From contig JAUWYL010000002.1 in assembly GCA_030615855.1 (NCBI GenBank), forward strand, positions 1,526-65,525: a DNA stretch of 64,000 nt. Reading direction: 5' to 3'. Position 1 is the first letter of the stretch. Each line of letters begins with the position of its first letter. This DNA is from a bacterium (GTDB taxonomy: Bacteria > UBP18 > UBA7526). Below the pieces are notes generated by a model. That model saw only the letters and a list, made by a program, of their open reading frames with translations, was not told the DNA's origin and searched no databases. Both the position numbers and the translations under genes were made by a program. Below, one piece after another: positions 46,370 to 56,015 of this stretch.

Positions 46370-47314
46370 CTATCTCCAGATATTCTCAACCTTACCGCCC
46401 ACGACGTATCGCAAGCCGTCAAAGCTTCCTTGCAGATGTGGCTTAAGGAATTGCCAACCACCATGGAAACGAATGATTTTATAGATAAAATAAAAGGTGA
46501 AGAGAGGAAAAAAGAAAAGCATAAAGATAATAAAATTTAATTTAGGTGCATGGTGCTTCATAAAAATTACCCTGTTTCTAGCAAAATAATAGGCTCTCAT
46601 GGGAAAATTAAACCCCATACCCCTGATTCCTTTAATACTCTCCTTTGAGCCCATTCGGTGCCAAAGTTTAGCCGTGGGACAAAAGATAACTTTAAAGCCG
46701 GCTTTTCGTGCCCGAAAACCATAATCAGTATCCCCATAGGTCATAAATAAAGCCTCATTATGCCCCTTAAGTTTATTAACTACTTTTCTAGTAGCTAAAT
46801 AGGCGGTAGGGGCAAATTGCGTTTCCCGAACTTGATCCCACTGTCCTTTATCCTCCTCATTAGCTCCGATATTTTTTGTTTGACTGGTTAAAAGATTCAC
46901 ATATGAACCAGCGTACCAAATCACATCTTTACAGTCATAGTAATACATTTTGGGGCAAACGACCCCTACCCGAGAATCATTTTCGGCTATTTTTGTAAGT
47001 TCAGTCAAAAGTTTTTTATCAACAATTGTATCGGAGTCCAGGAACAAGATATATTCCCCTTTAGCATACTTTTGCCCTAAATTTTTGCCACCATTGAGCC
47101 CCAGGTTCTCTTTTGCTACTACTACCTTAACCCTCGGAAATTTTTCTCTTACTGCCTGGGCTGTTCCATCACTTGAGGCATTATCTACCAAAATCACCTC
47201 AAAATTGGGATAATCCATCCTCAGAACCGAATTGAGGCAATCTAAGACAATACTTTTGCGATTTCTGGTGGTAATAATTATTGAAGCTAACTTTACATCC
47301 ATCTTTCTAACCAT
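46370..47314 (-). CDS. GT2-family glycosyltransferase
   Basis: IIITTRN, VDNASSDGT, FLDSD, YGDTDYGFR; start may be ATG 47302. Confidence 0.9.
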   Translation of the reverse strand: MVRKMDVKLASIIITTRNRKSIVLDCLNSVLRMDYPNFEVILVDNASSDGTAQAVREKFPRVKVVVAKENLGLNGGKNLGQKYAKGEYILFLDSDTIVDKKLLTELTKIAENDSRVGVVCPKMYYYDCKDVIWYAGSYVNLLTSQTKNIGANEEDKGQWDQVRETQFAPTAYLATRKVVNKLKGHNEALFMTYGDTDYGFRARKAGFKVIFCPTAKLWHRMGSKESIKGIRGMGFNFPMRAYYFARNRVIFMKHHAPKLNFIIFMLFFFPLFTFYFIYKIIRFHGGWQFLKPHLQGSFDGLRYVVGGKVENIWR

Positions 47315-49104
47315 TGCTCAAAAACTAAAAGGGTCCAAATCTGATGGGGGTTATTTCTATTTAAAGTCCTTTCCACTTTTTCAGGATTTAAAATTCCCTC
47401 TTTCTTGATTTTTTGAAGAGAAAGACTTTCAGATACCAGGGGCTTCAGCTCCTTTTGAAGCCATCTTGCTAAAGGGATACCAAGGCCCATCTTCGGCCTG
47501 AAAACAACCTCTCTTGGCAGAAACTCCCCAGCAATCTCTTTTAAAAGAGACTTGGTCTTAAACCCCTTTAATTTTAACCGAGCAGGAATTTGGGCACAAA
47601 ACTCAACCAATTTTCTATCTAAAAAAGGGCAACGCACCTCTAAGGATGTTGCCATGCTGGCCCGATCGGTTTTAACCAGATATAAATCGGATAAAGTTAA
47701 CTTAATGTCCAGAAAAAATGCCTCATCAAGAGCATCTTTACCATTAAAGGCTTTATGGTATCTTCTGATATCTTCAAACAGTTCCATTTTCTTTCCCGTT
47801 AAATTCTCTACTTCTTGGAGAGAAAATGGACTAATCCAGAGTTGGTTGCGGAGATGCAAAGGATAAGAAGAATAACGCAAGAAAGTCTTTATTTTCCCTG
47901 AGAAAAGATTAGCCAAAAGATATAGGGGGAGTCGATGGATAGAGGTTTTTTTCAAAAACCAGTGAGCCAAATATTTTGGGTAGCCAGCAAAATTTTCGTC
48001 CCCCCCATCACCGGAAAGAGCCACCTTAACGCCCTTTTGGGTAAAAGAAGAAAGCAAAAGAGTGGGCAGAAGTGAGGGGTCAGCCATGGGCTCATCTAAA
48101 AATTGGACTATCTTTAAAACCTGTTCTGAAATTTCTTCTTGGGAAAATATTTTAAGGTGGTGGTCAATCCCAAGGTGTTTAGCCACTAACTTAGCATAAG
48201 GAGATTCGTCAAAACCTTTTTCTTTAAAACCAATGCTGAAAGCTTGAATTTGGGAAGGTGAAATAATCTTGGTCATTAAAGCTACTACTATGCTAGAATC
48301 AACTCCCCCGCTTAAAAAAACACCCAAAGGAACATCAGAGATTAGTCTTTTCTTAATGGCTTCTTGCAAGAGCACAACTACCTTCTTCTTTATTTCCTCT
48401 CTACTCAAATCTTCGATTTTCGAAGAATAGTCAAGCTCCCAGTACTTTTCCTCCTTTATCTTGCTGTTTTTCCCTACTACCATAAAATGACCTGGTAGAA
48501 GTTTTCTTATTCCCTTAAAAATTGTTGCCGGAGCCGGGATAAAGCCATATAAAAGATACTTCGCCAGTGATTTGGAATCCAGCTCCTTTTTAAATCCGGG
48601 ATAGGCCAAAATCCCTTTTATTTCTGAGGCAAAGATGAATTTATTACCAAAGATTGCCCAGCAAAGCGGCTTTTTCCCTAAAGGATCGCGCGCCAAAAAT
48701 AAATATTTCTTTTTCTCATCCCAAATCGCCAAGGCAAACATTCCATCCAATTTTTTAAGGCATTCTTCTTCCTCTTCTTCATATAAATGCAAAACTGTTT
48801 CTGTATCGCTCCGGGTATAAAATTGATGCCCCCTCTTCTCCAATTCCTCCCTTAGCTTCTGAAAGTTGTAGATTTCACCATTCGAGACGATCCATAAACT
48901 TCTGTCTTCATTATGAATCGGTTGATGGCCAGTGGCCAGATCGATGATACTTAAGCGTCGATTTCCCAGGCCTACATTCTCCTTAAGGTAAATACCCCAA
49001 TCATCAGGTCCACGATGAACCAGGGTTTGATTCATTGCTCTTAAGGCGTTTTCCTCAACCGCCTTCTTTGAATTAAACTCTAAAATCCCACAAATACCAC
49101 ACAT
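47293..49104 (-). CDS. asnB: Asparagine synthase (glutamine-hydrolysing) family amidotransferase
   Basis: MCGICG, HRGPD, RRLSIID, NGEIYN, FLSGGVDSS, SGDGGDE, SLEVRCPFLD. Confidence 0.95.
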   Translation of the reverse strand: MCGICGILEFNSKKAVEENALRAMNQTLVHRGPDDWGIYLKENVGLGNRRLSIIDLATGHQPIHNEDRSLWIVSNGEIYNFQKLREELEKRGHQFYTRSDTETVLHLYEEEEEECLKKLDGMFALAIWDEKKKYLFLARDPLGKKPLCWAIFGNKFIFASEIKGILAYPGFKKELDSKSLAKYLLYGFIPAPATIFKGIRKLLPGHFMVVGKNSKIKEEKYWELDYSSKIEDLSREEIKKKVVVLLQEAIKKRLISDVPLGVFLSGGVDSSIVVALMTKIISPSQIQAFSIGFKEKGFDESPYAKLVAKHLGIDHHLKIFSQEEISEQVLKIVQFLDEPMADPSLLPTLLLSSFTQKGVKVALSGDGGDENFAGYPKYLAHWFLKKTSIHRLPLYLLANLFSGKIKTFLRYSSYPLHLRNQLWISPFSLQEVENLTGKKMELFEDIRRYHKAFNGKDALDEAFFLDIKLTLSDLYLVKTDRASMATSLEVRCPFLDRKLVEFCAQIPARLKLKGFKTKSLLKEIAGEFLPREVVFRPKMGLGIPLARWLQKELKPLVSESLSLQKIKKEGILNPEKVERTLNRNNPHQIWTLLVFEQWLERWM

Positions 49105-49224
49105 TACCTTTTCTTTCTAATAAAACGATGGACAGTCTGAAAAAGCCAACCGAATCTTTTGCCCAAAAAACGACTCATCATCAGAGTAACTAATGATCGA
49201 TAATTAAGGTTAATAACCTAAGTC

Positions 49225-50157
49225 TTATTTTATGTTTGTTTCACTATTACTTCCTAACAAGAGATAACTAAAGATAGGTCCTAAAATGAACACAAAAAAT
49301 AAGGTAACTACTCTGATCAATCCAGCAACTAATAAACTTTGAGCGGGAGTTATACTAAATATCTTGGCACCTAATATGATAACTCCTTCTGTGATACCTA
49401 AAGCACCTGGAGTTAGGTTTATTAAAGTTGAGAAGGATAAAAGGGTAGAAATTAGTAAACTTTTTAGCATTGAAATATCAATAGAGAAAGCCTGGAAAGC
49501 GAAATAAATACTATACAATTTTACCATAGAAATTAATAGAATTATCACCAGCAACTTAAAAGCAAGTTTCTGGTTACTTTTAATGCGGTACCAACTATTT
49601 ACAAAGTTACTAATGGTATTTAAACATCGATTGCCAAAATTCGGAATCTGGGGTGAAAAGATAATAATCAATGAAAGTACAAAGAATGCTACGCTAAAAA
49701 AAGAAAACAGGGGCAGATTAAAAATACCATAATGGAGATAGATTAACCCCATACATATTAGACCTATCAGGGAGTTAACAAAAAAAGTTATTAAATATAG
49801 GGCAGCCATGGTGCTTAAAAATGTAGCATAAGTGAAGTTGTGTCTTTTCTTTAAGTAAACGGCCCTTATCCCGGCACCACCACGGAAGGGCATAAGATAG
49901 TTTCCCATAGTAGAAACAACTGATAGGCCAAACCATTCTCTAAAAGTTAGTTTAACTTCAAAAGAATCCAGCAAAACCTTTGTGAAACATCCTAACAGAA
50001 CTAAATTTAAAAAAATCATAAAAACAAGAACCATTAATGGAAAAGGAGAAAGTTGAAAAATTTTTGTAAATTCTGGTAAATGTTGCTTAACATAAATAGC
50101 AATCAAGCCGATAATTATCAGCGAAATTACCCATGATAAACATATTTTTAGCTTCAT
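49225..50157 (-). CDS. Lysylphosphatidylglycerol-synthase TM / flippase-like membrane protein
   Basis: GNYLMPFRGGAGIRAVYLK, TPGALGITEG, 8-9 TM helices. Confidence 0.8.
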   Translation of the reverse strand: MKLKICLSWVISLIIIGLIAIYVKQHLPEFTKIFQLSPFPLMVLVFMIFLNLVLLGCFTKVLLDSFEVKLTFREWFGLSVVSTMGNYLMPFRGGAGIRAVYLKKRHNFTYATFLSTMAALYLITFFVNSLIGLICMGLIYLHYGIFNLPLFSFFSVAFFVLSLIIIFSPQIPNFGNRCLNTISNFVNSWYRIKSNQKLAFKLLVIILLISMVKLYSIYFAFQAFSIDISMLKSLLISTLLSFSTLINLTPGALGITEGVIILGAKIFSITPAQSLLVAGLIRVVTLFFVFILGPIFSYLLLGSNSETNIK

Positions 50158-50182
50158 TGCTAAATCTTTTCTCCTATCAAAA

Positions 50183-50899
50183 CTATCCTTTTATTATTGG
50201 ATTCTGTTGGTCAAACTGCGTGCTTCTAATTTTTTTATTCAAATATAAAAATGAAAATAGATAAAACAAATAACTGTAAAGCGCAATCACTAAAAGGTAA
50301 AGTTTCATAGCATTAACAATGACAAATATTGTTGTTAGAAAATGAATATTTGTTCTACCATAAAGAAATAACCTCACAAACCGGCCTTTCGTTTTTAACT
50401 CCCTTTCCAGCTCAGAACTTCCATCAGGTAATTCCAATTTGGTTATAAAAAAAATAGTATCAACCAGCAGCCTTCCACTAACAGCAAACGCACAAAATAC
50501 CCATATTAAAGGTTCTGGTTTCATCCGATACAATCCAATAGATATTGCAATAAACAACAATGGATCGACAAATCTGTCAACAACAGAATCAAGCCATGCA
50601 CCATACACTGACGTTAAGGATTTCTCCTTGGCTATAAGACCATCGAGAAAATCAAATAATATTGACATATGAATACATACCAATCCGGCAAATAAATATC
50701 TCCACTCTCCTATCCCGAAAAACAACATCGCCAACATAGCAAGGATAAATCCGGCAAGTGTAATCTGATTAGGAGTTACCCTAAATTTTACAATTATACC
50801 TGAGAGCTTCTTCGTCAGCCACCAATAGGGAAGATTTGAATACTGAACTATATATGGATGAGTGTCTATAAATTTCTTGCCTTTACTTGTTACCATCAA
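50183..50899 (-). CDS. CDP-alcohol phosphotransferase family protein
   Basis: VTPNQIT and D-x2-DG-x2-A...G-x3-D-x3-D (FDFLDGLIAK..YGAWLDSVVD). Confidence 0.9.
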   Translation of the reverse strand: MMVTSKGKKFIDTHPYIVQYSNLPYWWLTKKLSGIIVKFRVTPNQITLAGFILAMLAMLFFGIGEWRYLFAGLVCIHMSILFDFLDGLIAKEKSLTSVYGAWLDSVVDRFVDPLLFIAISIGLYRMKPEPLIWVFCAFAVSGRLLVDTIFFITKLELPDGSSELERELKTKGRFVRLFLYGRTNIHFLTTIFVIVNAMKLYLLVIALYSYLFYLFSFLYLNKKIRSTQFDQQNPIIKG

Positions 50900-52062
50900 A
50901 TTTTTCCTTTCAATGACATATCCACAATAGTGGGGATTAAATTATCCCAATCGTATCTACGCACTGTCCTCATTCCATTCTTCTTCAACTTCTTTAACCT
51001 ATCACTGTCTTCGAACATTTTTATAATTGCTTTTGCTAACTCTTTATAATTACCAGAGTTATAAAAGATAATATTCGCTCCCTCATTGGAAACTTCTTCG
51101 ATCCCTTTTAATCTGGACGAGCATACTGCTGTTGCGCTTGCCCAGTATTCAAGGAGTTTTAAAGTCAGTACAAGATGATTCGGTAGAATGGGAATGCGTG
51201 TTATTACCCCTATATCAGCATCGGAAAGATATTTTTTAACATCTTGGTAAGGTAGCCATCCGGTAAAAACAAAATTTCCAGAGATTCCGAGTTCTTCCAC
51301 TCTTTTCCTAATATCATTCAGACAAGAACCCCCTCCTAAAATATAAATCTTTACACCAGTGCATTTCTTTAATATATAAGGCGTCGCTTCCACAAGGTCT
51401 ATCAGCCCGTCCCTTTCATCAATCCCTCCATGATGAATAATCCTTCTTTGCCTTCCCATTCTTACATCCGACATTAAACCTTTTACTTCTGCCCCATCAT
51501 AAACCACATACATCTTATCTTCTTTTATTCCTTTTTTTACCAGATGTTCCTTCATAGCTTGGGTTACTACTATTACGGTATCGCTTAACTTCCCTGTTGT
51601 ATATTCGAGAAACATCAATAACTTAACTGTACACCTTTTTAATCTTCCCTTAGCGTTAGCCAATAAATATTCGGTGCTTAAATCGGTAATATCCAAAATT
51701 ACCTTTTTTCTAAAAATCTTTGCCCAAAAAAGAACAGGTAAGGCAGCGACACTATTATGAACGAAAAATAGGTTAACTTTTGTCAAGCGTGGTATCAGAA
51801 GAAAAAATAATTGAAACACAAATAGAGCAGAATCAATAATAGGGCTTCTTTTGCCAGATAAGCCAAAAAGCCGGATTACTTTTATGCCTGAAAGATAGTT
51901 TTTATCAGAAGGAGCCATAATAATCACATTTTCTCCCCTCTTGGCAAACTCAATAGCAACTTTTCTTGTTCTTAAACCTCCTCCACGAGGTGGAGAAATT
52001 CTATCTTGTGTAGCTACTATGATTCTATTATAAACACCTTTCACGACTCTTCTTCTACCCAT
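50896..52062 (-). CDS. GT4-family glycosyltransferase
   Basis: RGGGLR, HHGGIDERDG, KLLEYWAS; GT-B pattern. Confidence 0.85.
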   Translation of the reverse strand: MGRRRVVKGVYNRIIVATQDRISPPRGGGLRTRKVAIEFAKRGENVIIMAPSDKNYLSGIKVIRLFGLSGKRSPIIDSALFVFQLFFLLIPRLTKVNLFFVHNSVAALPVLFWAKIFRKKVILDITDLSTEYLLANAKGRLKRCTVKLLMFLEYTTGKLSDTVIVVTQAMKEHLVKKGIKEDKMYVVYDGAEVKGLMSDVRMGRQRRIIHHGGIDERDGLIDLVEATPYILKKCTGVKIYILGGGSCLNDIRKRVEELGISGNFVFTGWLPYQDVKKYLSDADIGVITRIPILPNHLVLTLKLLEYWASATAVCSSRLKGIEEVSNEGANIIFYNSGNYKELAKAIIKMFEDSDRLKKLKKNGMRTVRRYDWDNLIPTIVDMSLKGKI

Positions 52063-52142
52063 TCATTTATAACACCTTATGAACATTTTATCTGCTTTTT
52101 GATTAATGCTGTCCCTCTTTGGCAAAGTAGTCTCGGTGCCTT

Positions 52143-52862
52143 TCAGATTCTCTGGCAACTTATCAGCATTTTTTCAGCAGCAGGATTATTGAAAAAATCA
52201 TCCACTATCTCTAATTTTGAATATAAACAAAGTGCAATCTTCACAATAGGATTTATTTTTTGGGGTAAATTCTTTCTGGATGTTTTTGTGTATACTTTCA
52301 TAAATAAATTTATAAGTGGCCATCCAATATACCTTACCTTAATATTTTTGTAACCACATTTAATTAATTTATCTACAATTTCTGTTTTATTATACCGCCG
52401 GATATGTCCTGCCAGTTCGTCGTCAATACTCCAAGCATCAGGATTGTTGGGCACCGTGATAATAATCCAACCGTTGAGTTTCAAAGCTTTTCTCAAATTG
52501 AGCAACGCTTGCGTGTCTTCCCGGATGTGTTCAAGAATTTCTCCGCAGATTATCAAGTCATACTTCTGTGTAAAGGGGAAAGAAACCAAATCTCCCAAGT
52601 AAGTTGGACCATTGGCATATTGCTTCGCGCTCTCGATGCGGTTGGGATCTACGTCAATTCCTTCAACCTCATAGCCCATTTTTTCGACAACATGCATAAA
52701 GTTGCCAGCCCCGCAACCTGCATCAAGAATTCTGATGTTTTTTCTATCTTCAAATATTTTCTTGATGGTTCTGATGATGTTTCTTTTTCTATTCTGAAAC
52801 CTAGGAGAATGAAGCTGAATTCTTTCGCTACTTATTTTTGTTTCGGATTTCATCCAGATCAA
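52143..52862 (-). CDS. Class I SAM-dependent methyltransferase
   Basis: ILDAGCGAG, EILEHI, ITVPN, GHIRRY. Confidence 0.9.
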   Translation of the reverse strand: MIWMKSETKISSERIQLHSPRFQNRKRNIIRTIKKIFEDRKNIRILDAGCGAGNFMHVVEKMGYEVEGIDVDPNRIESAKQYANGPTYLGDLVSFPFTQKYDLIICGEILEHIREDTQALLNLRKALKLNGWIIITVPNNPDAWSIDDELAGHIRRYNKTEIVDKLIKCGYKNIKVRYIGWPLINLFMKVYTKTSRKNLPQKINPIVKIALCLYSKLEIVDDFFNNPAAEKMLISCQRI

Positions 52863-52868
52863 TACCTT

Positions 52869-53666
52869 TTATTTCTTGCGTGCCTTAATGACTATTGTAT
52901 GGCCTTTTGCGAACGGACAGAATATTGAATCTATTTTAGCAATGGCAGTTACTAAAGGGAAAAGATTTTTATATACAGCAAAAAGTCGGGACTTTTCAAT
53001 ATTTTCGATTTCTGCCCCACCCCAACCTTCTCGCTCGATGATTTTTCTACTCAATATTCTTCTGCTAAGATAAGTTATCGATCTAACCAATGTCGGAAAC
53101 AAAAAGTTAACTGTGTACATTTTCTGAACCACAAATTTTGATCCTATTAGCATACGATTGATCTGTTGTTCACTATACCCTTCCCTATCATGTCCAATAT
53201 CCCACTCGGTGATACCTGCAAGTTTTTTAAAGAATTTATAAAACCCAAATGTAGGTTTTAGATTAGGCGTTGTTATCACCAAGATTCCATTTGTTTTTAA
53301 AACTCTGTATGCTTCTTCAATCAGGGCTAAATCATCCTCAATATGTTCAATAACTTCAGAGCAAATAATTTTATTGAAGGATTTTTCCTTAAATGGTAAA
53401 TTAATTGCGCCACCAGTGACGAATGCAGTCGATCTCCAGTGTGCACTCGCTCTTAGATTATTCTGACGATTATAGTCTATTCCTACAGTAAAATCTACAT
53501 CTTTCGCTATACGCCCTATAAAATATCCACTCCCAGAACCTATTTCTAAGACTCTATCCTCTTTTTGGAGATTTGCAAGAGTCAAAATATGAGGCAATCT
53601 CAATCTATGGGTGAGACTATACTCAGATATAGAAGGAACATGAGACTTTTCTCTTTTTGATGCCAT
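52869..53666 (-). CDS. Class I SAM-dependent methyltransferase
   Basis: VLEIGSGSG, SEVIEHI, VLKTNG, ITTPN. Confidence 0.9.
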   Translation of the reverse strand: MASKREKSHVPSISEYSLTHRLRLPHILTLANLQKEDRVLEIGSGSGYFIGRIAKDVDFTVGIDYNRQNNLRASAHWRSTAFVTGGAINLPFKEKSFNKIICSEVIEHIEDDLALIEEAYRVLKTNGILVITTPNLKPTFGFYKFFKKLAGITEWDIGHDREGYSEQQINRMLIGSKFVVQKMYTVNFLFPTLVRSITYLSRRILSRKIIEREGWGGAEIENIEKSRLFAVYKNLFPLVTAIAKIDSIFCPFAKGHTIVIKARKK

Positions 53667-53669
53667 ATA

Positions 53670-55127
53670 TTACTCCGTTTGCTGCAACATACCTCGATAA
53701 TACAAATATCTCCTGAAAAAAGAACCAGTACCTCTAATTAATCTCTTCAAATCCTGGAATGAGCTAGAGTATCTAATCAATGTCTTAAGAATATAGCTGG
53801 GGCGGAGATAGAATTTCTTCCATGCTAAAGCGAAAGCTCTTTCCAAATCCTCTTTGCTCATTTCTGCCGTCACAATTACTGCTTTTGCTGCGCCATCAAA
53901 ATCTCGCCAGTTTTTTGCTTTTAATAAACCTTTTGATTTTAGTTGGCTATAATATTCAGTCCCAGGAAGTGGCGTCACAATTGAAAACTGAACAGCATAG
54001 GGGTCTAATTCTATAGCAAATTCAATTGTTTCATTAACTGTATCCCAATTTTCACCAGACAAACCAAACATAAATGTCCCATAATCTTTTATGCCAACCT
54101 CTTTTGTTATTCTAAAAGCTTCTCTTACTTGATTTAAGGTTATCTGTTTTTTACATCTATCAAGAATTTTTTGAGAACCAGACTCCACACCGTACTTGAT
54201 AAATTCGCACCCGGCTTCCTTCATTGCGCTTAACATCTCTCTGTCTACATCTACTCTTCCAAAACAACTCCAGGAAATCTTGATGCCTCTTTTTATTATC
54301 TCATTGCATATAGATACTACCCTCCTTTTCCCAATGGTAAAAGTATCATCATCAAATTCAATTGCCTTCACTCTGTACTTATCTTTTAAAATTTCTATCT
54401 CATCCACCACATTCTCGGCACTTCTTGTTCTTAATTTATGTCCATACATCACCTGCGGCCAAAGACAGTAAGTGCAACGATAAGGACAACCTCTGCTGGA
54501 TATCATAAGGACAGATGGCGATTTATATAAATGTGGGTCATAATATTTCATGTTAAACAAATGCCATGCTGGGAAAGGTAACTTGTCAAGGTCAGAAATC
54601 AACGGACGATCAGGATTCTCAACTACTTCTCCCTCTTTTCTAAAAGATAACCCCTTAATATTCTCTACTTTTTCACCATCTCTGAGGCACTTACACAAAT
54701 CAAGTATAGTATATTCAAATTCTCCTCTCAAAATATAATCAATATAGCCATAAGAGTCTAACAAGTCTTTTGAAAAATAAGTTGAATGTGCGCCAATCAG
54801 AGCAACTTTGGCTGACGAGTTTTCCTTTATCTTCTGTACCATTGATAAATCATTTTCGATAGAAGGAGTTGACGTTTCGACTATAACTAAACCATAAGAA
54901 TTCTTCTGGACGATTTCTGCCACCTTCTGTTCATCAAAATCCTCGGCTACCGCATCAACGAAGTCAACAGTAAACCCCTCTTTCTCCAACACCACCGCCG
55001 TATAGGCCATATAAATCGGGAATGGCAAAACTTTATCTTTCCGAGTATGGGGCCATCTACTATTACTTCTGACTCCATACCCTGATTCGCTATACCACGG
55101 AGGGTTTAAAAGCAAAATTTTAAACAT
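53670..55127 (-). CDS. B12-binding-domain radical SAM protein
   Basis: NPPW..SRWP N-terminus (HpnJ-like), GAHST, GEFE, SSRGCPYRCTYC, GVESG. Confidence 0.9.
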   Translation of the reverse strand: MFKILLLNPPWYSESGYGVRSNSRWPHTRKDKVLPFPIYMAYTAVVLEKEGFTVDFVDAVAEDFDEQKVAEIVQKNSYGLVIVETSTPSIENDLSMVQKIKENSSAKVALIGAHSTYFSKDLLDSYGYIDYILRGEFEYTILDLCKCLRDGEKVENIKGLSFRKEGEVVENPDRPLISDLDKLPFPAWHLFNMKYYDPHLYKSPSVLMISSRGCPYRCTYCLWPQVMYGHKLRTRSAENVVDEIEILKDKYRVKAIEFDDDTFTIGKRRVVSICNEIIKRGIKISWSCFGRVDVDREMLSAMKEAGCEFIKYGVESGSQKILDRCKKQITLNQVREAFRITKEVGIKDYGTFMFGLSGENWDTVNETIEFAIELDPYAVQFSIVTPLPGTEYYSQLKSKGLLKAKNWRDFDGAAKAVIVTAEMSKEDLERAFALAWKKFYLRPSYILKTLIRYSSSFQDLKRLIRGTGSFFRRYLYYRGMLQQTE

Positions 55128-55151
55128 AACGAAAACCCCACTTATTCTATC

Positions 55152-56015
55152 TTACTCTTCACTCCTCTCCAATCTTAAGTTGGCTATCTGTTCGGCAATA
55201 AGGCCCATCATAAAAATTATCACTGCCGTTGTCATTAAAAATAGTGAAAGTCCGGTATATCTTCCTCCAGGAGTAGAGAAGATTTTGTAAATAGCGTGGG
55301 TCAAGCCCATAACAAAGAACATAAAACTCATAGGTAAAAACACGCGCAAAGGGGTAAACAAGGTGGCAATTCTTAATATTATTAGAATAAATTTTAGACC
55401 ATCGGATACTATATTTATCTTACTTTTTCCACTTCTTCTTTTCCTTGTTTTTATGGGAATATAGCCCACGCTGTATCCCGCCCGGAATAAAGCCAAGGTG
55501 ATGGTTGAAGGGTAGGAAAAATGATTGGGCAAAAGATATATGAACTTCTTTGCTACTTCCGCTTTTATTGCTCTGAAACCGCTGGTTAAATCCTGAACCT
55601 TTTCATTGCTAAGATAAGAAGCAAAACTGTTATATACTTTATTTGCCAATTTCCTATGCCCGGGAGCGGGTGAATCTTTCTGCCTTGCACCAACTACCAT
55701 ATCGTAGCGGGTTATCTGCTCTAAAATCCTGGGGATATCATCAGGGTTATGTTGTCCATCGCCATCCATGGTTATCCATACATCTCCCCTGGCCTTCCTC
55801 ATTCCGGTCTTAACAGACGCGCCATTGCCTTTATTATAAGGATGGCTAATCAGTAAGGCACCAGCCTTTTTCGCCTCCTCCCCGGTATTGTCACAGGAAC
55901 AATCATCTACCACAACAACCTGGTCATTTTCACCTATGACTGACTTCACCTCTCTCACTAAATTACCGATAACCAACTCCTCATTATATGCCGGAATTAT
56001 AACCGTTACCTTCAT
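55152..56015 (-). CDS. GT2 polyprenol-phosphate glycosyltransferase-like protein
   Basis: IIPAYNEE, VDDCSCD, NKGNGA, MDGDGQH, DLTSGFRA, two C-terminal TM helices. Confidence 0.88.
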   Translation of the reverse strand: MKVTVIIPAYNEELVIGNLVREVKSVIGENDQVVVVDDCSCDNTGEEAKKAGALLISHPYNKGNGASVKTGMRKARGDVWITMDGDGQHNPDDIPRILEQITRYDMVVGARQKDSPAPGHRKLANKVYNSFASYLSNEKVQDLTSGFRAIKAEVAKKFIYLLPNHFSYPSTITLALFRAGYSVGYIPIKTRKRRSGKSKINIVSDGLKFILIILRIATLFTPLRVFLPMSFMFFVMGLTHAIYKIFSTPGGRYTGLSLFLMTTAVIIFMMGLIAEQIANLRLERSEE

